A stretch of DNA of 27,253 bases, taken from contig JALHWS010000093.1 in NCBI GenBank assembly GCA_022866885.1, positions 1 to 27,253 on the forward strand, in the 5' to 3' direction. The position numbers and the translations under genes are program-made. Of this stretch, positions 7,853 through 16,249 are shown piece after piece. Below the pieces are notes generated by a model that worked only from the letters and a program-made list of their open reading frames with translations, ran no database searches and was not told where the DNA came from. The number at the start of each line of letters is the position of its first letter. Position 1 is the stretch's first letter. This DNA is from Candidatus Microgenomates bacterium (GTDB lineage: Bacteria; Patescibacteriota; Microgenomatia; 2-02-FULL-39-11).

Positions 7853-8788
7853 ATGATTGATATCATCGGCAAAAAATGGTTTTATTTTCTCTTTTCGGGA
7901 CTGATTATCATCCCCGGCCTAATTTCTTTGTGTCTTTGGGGTGTCCGGCCGTCAATTGATTTTACCGGCGGAACACTATACGAATTCAGGTTGCCGATTT
8001 CAACTACGGATAAGCAAAATCAGCCGCTTAATATCCAAAAAGAAGATGTAAAAAAAATTGTTGAGTCGCAGAAAATTGAAGTAGCTTCCGTGCAGGACTC
8101 CGGCGAAAAAACCTTTCTTTTACGGATGAAGCCGATTGACAAAGACCAACATGAAAAATTGCAAAAAGATTTACAGGATAAATTCGGGATGGTTAAGGAA
8201 CTCCGTTTTGAGACTGTCGGCCCGGCCGTCGGAGCGGAAACAACCATGAATGCCGTCAAGGCGGTCATCGTCGCCTCAATCGCCATCATCATCTATGTTT
8301 CTTTGGCCTTCCGTAAAATCCCTAAACCATATTCTTCCTGGAAATTCGGCGTCTGCGCAGTTGTTTCTTTGGTCCATGATGTCCTGGTTGTCCTGGGCTT
8401 ATTTTCCATCCTGGGGCATTTCGCAAAAGTGGAGATCGACTCGCTTTTCATCACCGGCCTTTTGACAATTATGGGTTTCACCGTTCACGATACAATCGTC
8501 GTCTTTGACAGAATCAGAGAAAATCTCAATAAAATGCCGGGAGCCGGTTTTACTCGGGTTGTCAATGAATCTATCCTTCAAACACTCGCCCGGTCGCTGT
8601 CCACATCATTAACCGTGCTATTGACTTTGCTAGCGCTTTTGCTTTTTGGCGGCGAAACGATCAAATGGTTTGTGGTCGCATTGCTTATCGGTATCACCTC
8701 AGGGACCTATTCGTCCATCTTCAACGCCGCCCCGCTTCTTGTCATCTGGAACGAAAAGACTCGACAAAAGTCGAGTCAACGTTCCTAG
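7853..8788 (+). CDS. secF: Protein translocase subunit SecF
   Basis: IDFTGGT, ETVGPAVG, HDVL, GFTVHDTIVVFDRIRE, TL.RSL.TS, GTYSSIF motifs; follows secD. Confidence 0.97.
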   Translation: MIDIIGKKWFYFLFSGLIIIPGLISLCLWGVRPSIDFTGGTLYEFRLPISTTDKQNQPLNIQKEDVKKIVESQKIEVASVQDSGEKTFLLRMKPIDKDQHEKLQKDLQDKFGMVKELRFETVGPAVGAETTMNAVKAVIVASIAIIIYVSLAFRKIPKPYSSWKFGVCAVVSLVHDVLVVLGLFSILGHFAKVEIDSLFITGLLTIMGFTVHDTIVVFDRIRENLNKMPGAGFTRVVNESILQTLARSLSTSLTVLLTLLALLLFGGETIKWFVVALLIGITSGTYSSIFNAAPLLVIWNEKTRQKSSQRS

Positions 8789-8827
8789 AACGTTAATCCG
8801 CCGATGGCGGATTTTACGTTCTGGGAG
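8782..8827. repeat. Long imperfect hairpin with AATCCGCC-GAT-GGCGGATT core, overlapping the secF stop
   Basis: Perfect 8-bp stem at 8795-8813 inside outer arms AGAACGT (8787-8793) / ACGTTCT (8816-8822). Confidence 0.7.
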
Positions 8828-8861
8828 GAATGGGGAAAGAAAAAGAAGAAATAATATTAGT

Positions 8862-9182
8862 ATGAAACTAAAGTTTTATGTCTATTGTCCCGACGACGAA
8901 AAGGTGATTACTGCTATCATCGACGCGGCGGCAAAAGAAGGTGCCGGAGTTTATGGAAATTACTCTCAAGTAGCCTTTATCACCAAAGGCAGAGGGAATT
9001 GGAAATCAGAAAAAGGCGCCAAACCGCATGAAGGAAAGGTTGGTAAAACGACTCGTTCCGATGTCTCCCGCATAGAAATGACATGTGACTCCAAAAAGGC
9101 AAAGAAGATAGAAAATTCTATTAAAAGAGTTCATCCTTGGGAGCAAGTCGATATTGAATTTGTCCGTTTAGAAGACATTTGA
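8862..9182 (+). CDS. Stand-alone YqfO/NIF3-insert (PII-like) domain protein
   Basis: 106 aa from ATG 8862: GAGVYGNYS...F...G.G.W....GAKP..G.VG...IEM......HPWE, matching the PII-like insert of YqfO/DUF34 proteins. Confidence 0.75.
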   Translation: MKLKFYVYCPDDEKVITAIIDAAAKEGAGVYGNYSQVAFITKGRGNWKSEKGAKPHEGKVGKTTRSDVSRIEMTCDSKKAKKIENSIKRVHPWEQVDIEFVRLEDI

Positions 9183-9234
9183 TTGAGGTGAATATACCCC
9201 TTTATTTATTTAAGCGAGAAAAGATATACTATAC

Positions 9235-9258
9235 TTGTTATTAAATTTGTTATTAAAT
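9235..9258 (+). repeat. 12-bp tandem direct repeat (TTGTTATTAAAT x2)
   Basis: Exact duplication immediately after a TATACT -10-like box and upstream of the zinc-ribbon gene. Confidence 0.6.
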
Positions 9259-9274
9259 TTTCCCAATTATTTTT

Positions 9275-9766
9275 ATGAATACACAAGATGAAGCAAAATC
9301 TGCGGATGTTTGCCCGAAATGCGGCGCAAAGTTAGGCGAAGTGGTGACTACCAAATCGGGTAAAAAATTACAACGCTGTTCGGCCGGATCATGGAACGAG
9401 GAAACGAAAAAAAATGAAGGTTGTCCTTTTGTCAAATGGCTGCCGTTTGAACCGGTCACTCTTGATGAAAAATGTCCCAAATGCGGCGCCCCGTTGATTA
9501 TGACAATGACCCGTTTTAATAAAAAGCTGAAAAAATGCTCGACCAATGTTTGGGACCCGCTAACCAAAAAAGCCAGCGGCTGCGACTATATGGAATGGGT
9601 TAAGGGAACGACTGAAGAATTGGATGAAGATTGTCCCAAATGCGGCAGTAAACTGGTCCTTTTCACTACCGCCGCCGGTAAAAGGATGAAAAAATGTTCA
9701 ACCAATAAATGGGACAAGGAAAGCAAAAGCGCCGTCGGGTGTGATTATATTGAGTTGTTAAATTAA
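9275..9766 (+). CDS. Stand-alone triple C4 zinc-ribbon protein (topoisomerase I C-terminal zinc-finger-like)
   Basis: Three repeats of CPKCG..L....T...K....CS...W........GC.(Y/F)... Confidence 0.8.
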   Translation: MNTQDEAKSADVCPKCGAKLGEVVTTKSGKKLQRCSAGSWNEETKKNEGCPFVKWLPFEPVTLDEKCPKCGAPLIMTMTRFNKKLKKCSTNVWDPLTKKASGCDYMEWVKGTTEELDEDCPKCGSKLVLFTTAAGKRMKKCSTNKWDKESKSAVGCDYIELLN

Positions 9767-11134
9767 GGTTTTACTTTCATTTTTCAAATCCTCAAGGCGT
9801 TTGAGAAGGGCTTCTTTTTCGTTTTTGATTTTGCCTTCAACGATATCGTTGAAAAGCATTTCCAAAACACTGCCGATTAATCGCCCGGGGCCGGTATTGT
9901 AGATTTTCATGACATCATAGCCGTCGACTTTAAGGTCGGTAACAGTAAAGGGTTGTTTTTGAACTTCTATTAATCTTTTTTTAAAAAGCTCCAGCCGCCA
10001 GGAAGTTTCCCGCGCCCCTCCGCCTAACCGGTCACCGGTTCGAAGATGGAGCATGTCAACGATATTTTCCGGACCGATGTTTCTGATAAAACGCCGAAGA
10101 GCCGAATCCGTCTGTCTTTCGTCCACGCTGAACTGGTGAAAACGTACGAGAAGAGTTAATCTTTCCCGGTCTTTTTTGGATAAATGGAGCCGATCGGCGA
10201 TTTTTCGCACGATTGAAGTACTGATGATTTCATGATTATAAAAAGTAATCACCCCGTCTGCTGTCACCCGATAGGTATCCGGTTTGCCAACGTCATGTAA
10301 CAGTGTGGCCAGTCTGACAATCGGGTCGTTTGAGGGACAATTTTTGAGAGACATAACCAGATGCGTCCCCACATCATAAAGATGATGTCTTTTGGGGCTT
10401 TTTTGTTGCACCTCGAAGCATTTTTCCAGTTCCGGAAGAATTATGGAAAGTAGTCCGCTGTTTCTAAGAAGCATGATCCCATCAGCCGGAAAAGCAGAGG
10501 AGAGAATTTTAAGCAGTTCATCCCTGATTCTTTCCGAGGAAACTGAGGTAATCAGTTGAGTATGTTTTGAAATAGCGTTGAAAGTCTCTTCTTCAATCAT
10601 GAATTTGAGTTCGGTGGCAAACCTGACTGCCCGCATCATCCGCAGGGCATCCTCCTGAAATCTTTCCTCAGCGCGACCAACGGAGCGGATTAATTTATTT
10701 TTCAGATCTTCCTGACCGTGGAAAAGATCAATAACTTTTCCTCCATCCAAAGCGATGGCGTTGATGGTAAAATCCCTGCGTTTAAGGTCTTCCTCCAAAG
10801 TTTTCCCCCAAACAATTTTATCCGGATGCCGGTGGTCAGTATAACCCGACTCGCTCCTGAAAGTGGTTATCTCATATATCACCGTCTCCTGTCTTCCGTC
10901 TTCTGTATTTAGTTCTGTCGGGATCCCAACCGTGCCGAATTTATTGTCATAAAAACTGTCGGGGAAAAGTTTGCGGATTTCTTCGGGCTTGGCATCGGTG
11001 GTGAAGTCCCAGTCATTGGTTTCCCGGTTAAGAAGCAGGTCACGGACACAGCCGCCGACGATATAGATCTGAAACCCTTGTTTTTTGAATTTTGCCAAAA
11101 TCTCTTTTACCTCTTTCGGGAGAGTGAATTTCAT
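9758..11134 (-). CDS. cca: CCA tRNA nucleotidyltransferase with HD domain
   Basis: VGGCVRDLLL, DWDFTT, EITTFR, EDLKRRDFTINAIA, RFQEDALRMMRAVRFA, SSERIRDEL, LLHDVGKP motifs. Confidence 0.93.
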   Translation of the reverse strand: MKFTLPKEVKEILAKFKKQGFQIYIVGGCVRDLLLNRETNDWDFTTDAKPEEIRKLFPDSFYDNKFGTVGIPTELNTEDGRQETVIYEITTFRSESGYTDHRHPDKIVWGKTLEEDLKRRDFTINAIALDGGKVIDLFHGQEDLKNKLIRSVGRAEERFQEDALRMMRAVRFATELKFMIEEETFNAISKHTQLITSVSSERIRDELLKILSSAFPADGIMLLRNSGLLSIILPELEKCFEVQQKSPKRHHLYDVGTHLVMSLKNCPSNDPIVRLATLLHDVGKPDTYRVTADGVITFYNHEIISTSIVRKIADRLHLSKKDRERLTLLVRFHQFSVDERQTDSALRRFIRNIGPENIVDMLHLRTGDRLGGGARETSWRLELFKKRLIEVQKQPFTVTDLKVDGYDVMKIYNTGPGRLIGSVLEMLFNDIVEGKIKNEKEALLKRLEDLKNESKTLI

Positions 11135-11155
11135 AGTAGTATCATAATACTAAAT
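11135..11155. promoter_or_regulatory. Bidirectional leaderless promoter core between cca and recJ
   Basis: 21-bp gap containing TAGTAT-CATA-ATACTA. Plus-strand CATAAT (11143-11148) is 7 nt before the recJ ATG; minus-strand TATGAT (11146-11141) is 6 nt before the cca ATG. Confidence 0.6.
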
Positions 11156-12781
11156 ATGCATCAGTGGCAAATACTACATAAAGAGAAAACTTCATCCGAG
11201 AAAGAAATATTGCCGATCATCCTTGCCAACCGTAAAATTACCGGTCAAAAGGAAATTACCGCTTTTTTGCATCCGGATCTGAAAGAGTTGACTATAGCCA
11301 ATTCTGGTTTGAAAAAAGAGGAACTGGCAAAAGCTGCCGAAAGGATAAAACAGGCTCTGAAAAATAAAGAGTCAATCGTCGTCTATACCGATTATGACGT
11401 TGACGGCGTCTGCGGCGGAGCTATTGTCTGGGAAACTTTGTATGAGTTGAAAGCCAATGTCATGCCTTATATCCCCCACCGATCTGGTGAAGGCTATGGC
11501 TTGTCAAAAAAAGGAATTGACCGGATTCAAAAAGAATTTAATCCCAAGCTCATAATAACCGTTGATCACGGTATTTCCGCCGAAGAGGAAATCAACTATG
11601 CCAAAACTCTCGGAATGGAAACGATTATTCTGGATCATCACTTGAAACCGGCCAAAATCCCGAATGTGGTGGCTTTGATCCACACCACCTCTCTTTGTTC
11701 GGGCGGGATTGCCTGGTTTTTCCGCCAATTTCTTTTGCAAAAAAACGACAATCTCGATCTGGCGGCTATGGCGACGGTGGCCGACCTGATGCCTCTGACG
11801 GGTTTGAACAGAGTAATTGTCAAATTCGGTCTGGAACAATTAAACAAAACAAAAAGGTTAGGGTTAAACGCGTTGATAAAAGAATCAGGAATGAAGAAAG
11901 GGGAAATCGGCGTTTTTGAGATCGGACACATTTTAGCTCCCCGGATAAATGCCATGGGCAGGCTTGAACATGCTCTCGACGCTTTAAGACTTATCTGTAC
12001 CAAAGATGAGTCAAGAGCCTTAGAACTTTCCAGAAAGTTAAGCCTGACTAACCGGACCAGGCAAGAAATGATGCAGCAGTCATCAGAACATGCTATCCGT
12101 TTGGTTTCAAAAGAAACAATCGGTAAATTATTGTTTGTCGTTCATGAAACTTACAATGAAGGAGTTATCGGCCTGATTGCCGGAAAACTGGTTGAAACTT
12201 ATTGGCGGCCGGCCATCGTAGTTTCCAAGGGCCCTGAATATTCCAAAGCCTCAGCCCGTTCAATCGCCGGGCTCAATATCGTTGAACTGATTAGGGAAGC
12301 TTCGGATCTTTTGGTCAATGTCGGCGGACACCCGATGGCGGCCGGATTTACGGTTGAGACAAAAAATCTGGAAAAATTAAGACAGAGACTAACCGATATC
12401 ACTGAAGCGAAATTGACGGAGGAAAAACTGGTCAGGGTGAAAAAAATAGATCTGGAACTGGATTTCCCACAGATAAATAAACAACTATTCAAACTGATCC
12501 AGCAAATATCACCTTTTGGCATCGGTAATCCGGAACCGGTTTTTGCCAGTCGTCAAGCGGATGTCATAAACGCCTCCCAGATCGGAAAAGACAAAAAGCA
12601 TTTGCGGCTTTATCTTCGGCAAGGTAATATTCTTTTATCCGCGATTGGTTTCGGGATGGGAGAAAATTTTTCGAAATTATCGTCTGATAAACCGGTTGAT
12701 ATCGCTTATACCATCGATTTGAACACCTGGAACGGAAAAGAGAAATTGCAATTGAAGCTGAAAGATATTAAAATTCTTTAA
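11156..12781 (+). CDS. recJ: Single-stranded DNA exonuclease RecJ
   Basis: DYDVDG, R..EGYGL, ITVDHG, LDHH, TVADLMPL, PRINAMGR, GGHPMAAG, PFGIGNPEP. Start set at ATG 11156 because the track's extension overlaps cca. Confidence 0.96.
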   Translation: MHQWQILHKEKTSSEKEILPIILANRKITGQKEITAFLHPDLKELTIANSGLKKEELAKAAERIKQALKNKESIVVYTDYDVDGVCGGAIVWETLYELKANVMPYIPHRSGEGYGLSKKGIDRIQKEFNPKLIITVDHGISAEEEINYAKTLGMETIILDHHLKPAKIPNVVALIHTTSLCSGGIAWFFRQFLLQKNDNLDLAAMATVADLMPLTGLNRVIVKFGLEQLNKTKRLGLNALIKESGMKKGEIGVFEIGHILAPRINAMGRLEHALDALRLICTKDESRALELSRKLSLTNRTRQEMMQQSSEHAIRLVSKETIGKLLFVVHETYNEGVIGLIAGKLVETYWRPAIVVSKGPEYSKASARSIAGLNIVELIREASDLLVNVGGHPMAAGFTVETKNLEKLRQRLTDITEAKLTEEKLVRVKKIDLELDFPQINKQLFKLIQQISPFGIGNPEPVFASRQADVINASQIGKDKKHLRLYLRQGNILLSAIGFGMGENFSKLSSDKPVDIAYTIDLNTWNGKEKLQLKLKDIKIL

Positions 12782-12782
12782 T

Positions 12783-14177
12783 ATGGACCGCTGTTTGATT
12801 ATTGAGACTCTAAATAATATCGGGAAAACTGTCAGCCTTGTCGGTTGGATCAATACTATCCGAAGTCACGGGAAAATCATTTTTATTGACCTGCGGGACA
12901 GAAGCGGTATAGTCCAAACTGTATATACCAAAGGAAAATTGGAGATATCCTGCGAAGACGTGGTCAAAATTACTGGTCTGGTGAAAAAAAGACCGGAAAA
13001 GATGATCAATCCCAAAATTACCACGGGAACGGTTGAAGTGGAAATCGAAAGCCTGGAAATACTGGGTAAAAGCCGGGAGCTGCCTTTCCCCATCGACACC
13101 GACGGGTATGACATCAACGAAGAAATCAGATTGAAATACCGTTATTTGGATCTTAGGAGATCGCGTCTGAATAAAAACATCCGCTTGCGTTCGGAAATGG
13201 TGCAAAAAGTCCGGGAATATCTTTTTAAACATGATTTTTTAGAAATTGAGACGCCGATTTTGACCAAATCAACTCCCGAAGGTTCAAGAGATTTCCTGGT
13301 CCCCTCCCGTTTGCAAAAAGGCAAGTTTTATGCTCTGCCGCAATCACCTCAACAGTATAAACAGCTTCTGATGGTAGCCGGTTTCGAACGTTATTTCCAG
13401 ATCGCCAGATGTATGCGCGATGAGGATCTACGCTCTGACCGTGGCTTTGAGCATACCCAAATTGATATAGAAATGAGCTTCCTAAACCGTGAAGAGGTGA
13501 TGCGGATTTTGGAAGGGATGATTACCGGTGTTTTTGAAGGCATGGGACAAAAAATCAAAGAAAAGCCTTTTCCGATTTATACTTTCCAGGAAGCGATGAA
13601 AAAATTCGGCTCCGATAAGTTTGACCTGCGAAGCGTTGAGGAAAAAAAGGCAGGCGTTAAAGCTTTTGCCTGGGTGATAGACTTTCCTTTTTTTGAAAAA
13701 GACAAAGAGGGCAAATGGACTTTTACCCATAATCCTTTTTCCAATCCCAAGCCGGAATTTATCGATGACTTATTAAATAAAAGGAATATTCCCAATATTC
13801 TGACTTCCCAATACGATTTGGTTTGTAACGGCGCGGAAGTCGGCGGTGGGAGTATCCGTTCAAACGATCCGAAAGTGTTGTCTTCCGTCTTTGAAGTAAT
13901 GGGTTACTCAAAGGGAGAAATTGAAAATCAATTCAGCCATATGTTGCAGGCCTTTACCTATGGAGCACCTCCTCACGGCGGCTGCGCTTTCGGGGTGGAA
14001 AGGCTGATGATGATATTGACGGGCGAACAATCTCTTCGTGAAGTAGTCGCTTTCCCCCAAACATCCGGCGGACAGACTTCAGTCATGGATGCCCCAAATA
14101 CTGTTTCTGAAAAACAATTAAGCGAATTGGGTTTACGGGTGCTTCCTTCTGGCAAATCCTTAACCCGAAATGGCTAA
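12783..14177 (+). CDS. aspS: Aspartyl-tRNA synthetase, short form lacking the GAD insertion domain
   Basis: OB-fold FIDLRDRSG, RLKYRYLDLR, EGSRDFLVP, ALPQSPQQYKQLLM, QIARCMRDED, YDLVCNG.EVGGGSIR, GAPPHGG; 464 aa. Confidence 0.96.
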   Translation: MDRCLIIETLNNIGKTVSLVGWINTIRSHGKIIFIDLRDRSGIVQTVYTKGKLEISCEDVVKITGLVKKRPEKMINPKITTGTVEVEIESLEILGKSRELPFPIDTDGYDINEEIRLKYRYLDLRRSRLNKNIRLRSEMVQKVREYLFKHDFLEIETPILTKSTPEGSRDFLVPSRLQKGKFYALPQSPQQYKQLLMVAGFERYFQIARCMRDEDLRSDRGFEHTQIDIEMSFLNREEVMRILEGMITGVFEGMGQKIKEKPFPIYTFQEAMKKFGSDKFDLRSVEEKKAGVKAFAWVIDFPFFEKDKEGKWTFTHNPFSNPKPEFIDDLLNKRNIPNILTSQYDLVCNGAEVGGGSIRSNDPKVLSSVFEVMGYSKGEIENQFSHMLQAFTYGAPPHGGCAFGVERLMMILTGEQSLREVVAFPQTSGGQTSVMDAPNTVSEKQLSELGLRVLPSGKSLTRNG

Positions 14178-15162
14178 AAAAGATTTTTTCACCAAATTAT
14201 TCGGCGGATTAAGCAAGATGTTCCGCAAGCACGGGCTCCGGATAGCCGGAGTATTTCTTTTGGCTTTTACTTTATCGCTTTTTCCCTCGCCCAATGTTTA
14301 TTTCCAAACCGTCAAAAAAACCGGCGGGATTTTTATCCCGAAAGAGATTCCCTTACCTTCCCCCCCTCCGTATCCGGTAAACCAAACCGGAAAACTTCCG
14401 CCCAGTTTGAGTGCCGCCGCCATTTTGATTAAAGACTTGGGCTCGGGAGTGGTTATTTACGCTAAAGATGAAAAAACGCGTTTTCCTTCCGCTTCAACAA
14501 CTAAAATAATCGCTTCTTTGGTGGCTTTGGATAATTACAAACTGGATGATGTCATTACCGTTAAAAAAGTAATCAATGAAGGGAAAACCATGGGTCTGGT
14601 ACAGGGAGAAAAACTGACGTTTGAGTCACTCCTGTACGGCTCATTAGTCCACTCTGCCAATGACGCCACTTATGTCCTGGCGGACAATTTTCCCGGCGGG
14701 ACAGATAAATTTGTGGAGAAAATGAACGAGAAGGTAAAAAGTCTTGGTCTGACCGAGACAAATTTTACCAATCCGGTCGGCTTTGATGATTCCAAACATT
14801 ATACGACCGCTTCCGATTTGGCCAAACAGGCAGAAGTTGCGTTGAGTAACAAGACTATTGCTAAAATTGTCGGTACCAAAGCGATCACCGTCTCTGACGT
14901 CAATTTCACTTACTTCCATGAGTTGAAGAATGTTAATGAACTTTTGGGCAGGGTGGCCGGAGTCTCCGGTGTCAAAACCGGTTTTACCGGAAACGCCGGC
15001 GAAGTACTAGTGTCGGAGGTGAAGAAAAACGGCCAGACAGTCCTTTTAGTAATCTTAAAAAGCGCCGACCGTTTCGGGGAAACCACCAAACTGATCGACT
15101 GGGTATTCGGGAATTTCGTCTGGGTGCCTTTTATGGAGATTATTCCAGCCAGTCAGAAGTAA
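14170..15162 (+). CDS. D-alanyl-D-alanine carboxypeptidase (peptidase S11)
   Basis: SxxK (ASTTK), SxN (SAN) and KTG motifs; NFTNPVGFD; N-terminal TM segment. Confidence 0.92.
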   Translation: MAKKDFFTKLFGGLSKMFRKHGLRIAGVFLLAFTLSLFPSPNVYFQTVKKTGGIFIPKEIPLPSPPPYPVNQTGKLPPSLSAAAILIKDLGSGVVIYAKDEKTRFPSASTTKIIASLVALDNYKLDDVITVKKVINEGKTMGLVQGEKLTFESLLYGSLVHSANDATYVLADNFPGGTDKFVEKMNEKVKSLGLTETNFTNPVGFDDSKHYTTASDLAKQAEVALSNKTIAKIVGTKAITVSDVNFTYFHELKNVNELLGRVAGVSGVKTGFTGNAGEVLVSEVKKNGQTVLLVILKSADRFGETTKLIDWVFGNFVWVPFMEIIPASQK

Positions 15163-16195
15163 TCGCGGGCAAATAAGCCACAAAATTATTATCTCCCTCA
15201 AAAACAAAAATCGGTTGCAAATACATCTGTGGATTTTCACTGTCGTAATAAGCCAAATAAATATTTCTGATAACGATGTTATCGCGGCTGTTTCCTCCAA
15301 AATTGACGACTGTTGCCTTTCCCCCAATTAATTCTTCCCAGGCGGAAGCGGCTGATATCAACGGATAGGTGCCGAAATCGTCAAAGGCGATTGGCCAAAA
15401 AGTGTAGAAAAGCTCAATCACCTGGATTTTCTTGCCCGGGGTGTAAAGCGCATAATTGTAACTTTTGGAAAATTCCGGCGGCAGGATTTTCCACCCGTCA
15501 AGGTCTTGGCTGAAAAAATTGACTCTAACGGTATTGGCGGCTGAAAGACTGGAAGCTTCCCTAAAAGTTTTCTCTGACGGCTCGTAAGTCAAAAGTTCTG
15601 TGGTAATTTTGCCTTTGGCGATACTTTCATCAAACAAACCATTACTTCTGATATAGTTTGAAACATCTTCAACCGGTTGTTCTTTGTTATTGATTTGTCC
15701 CTCGGTGAAAATTTCCGGAGTTTTTTGGTAGTCGTATTTCAGCTGGAAGTTCATATTGACGATATCCAAAGAAAGCGTCCGTTTGTCATCGCGGGGATCG
15801 GTGAAATAATACATGGTTGAGGAGACGGTATTGGGTTCTTTGGTAAAATCGATTTTTGAGGCAAATTTCAGCGCCCGGTCAGGTGAAAGAAGAGTCGGTA
15901 GTTTTTTGGGCATGGCGTAAACCCGGCCGGCATCGGTTGATTCCGGAGGTTTCCCTTCAATATTTTCCAGGGTAAATATCAATCCGGCTGACTGGGTGGC
16001 GCCGATGGAAAAAATAGGTTTTGGCAGTTTATTAAACTTCATATTCGGCGGCGGAAGTACTGGAGGATGAGTCATCTTCCAGTATTGCACGCCGAAGGAA
16101 ATCAGGACTTTTAGGACGAGATAACCAATAAAGGCATAAAGGAGATATAAGATGAATTTTCGAAAGCCGATGGACATCTCCGTCAGATTGGCCAT
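15140..16195 (-). CDS. Hypothetical membrane-anchored extracytoplasmic protein
   Basis: 351-aa ORF with one N-terminal TM helix, a proline-rich linker and C-terminal IYLAYYD...YLQPIFVFEG. It has an SD-like AAGAAGGA and a TATACT -10 box upstream. Confidence 0.75.
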   Translation of the reverse strand: MANLTEMSIGFRKFILYLLYAFIGYLVLKVLISFGVQYWKMTHPPVLPPPNMKFNKLPKPIFSIGATQSAGLIFTLENIEGKPPESTDAGRVYAMPKKLPTLLSPDRALKFASKIDFTKEPNTVSSTMYYFTDPRDDKRTLSLDIVNMNFQLKYDYQKTPEIFTEGQINNKEQPVEDVSNYIRSNGLFDESIAKGKITTELLTYEPSEKTFREASSLSAANTVRVNFFSQDLDGWKILPPEFSKSYNYALYTPGKKIQVIELFYTFWPIAFDDFGTYPLISAASAWEELIGGKATVVNFGGNSRDNIVIRNIYLAYYDSENPQMYLQPIFVFEGDNNFVAYLPAITSDWLE

Positions 16196-16215
16196 AAATA
16201 TATCCTTCTTAATTG

Positions 16216-16245
16216 AGTATAAGCCAGAATCTATGTTAGAATCAA
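16216..16245. promoter_or_regulatory. Overlapping divergent promoters (gltX and the 351-aa gene)
   Basis: Plus strand: extended -10 TGtTAGAAT (16234-16242), 7 nt before the gltX ATG. Minus strand: TTGATT (16245-16240), 18-nt spacer, TATACT (16221-16216). Confidence 0.6.
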
Positions 16246-16249
16246 CCTT

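Noticed and set aside
8646-8861. N-terminal extensions given by the ORF track (8646, also 11078, 21009, 4045, 2333)
   Set aside because: They overlap neighbouring genes, palindromes or the gene's own promoter; the downstream ATG coincides with the start of the recognisable domain.
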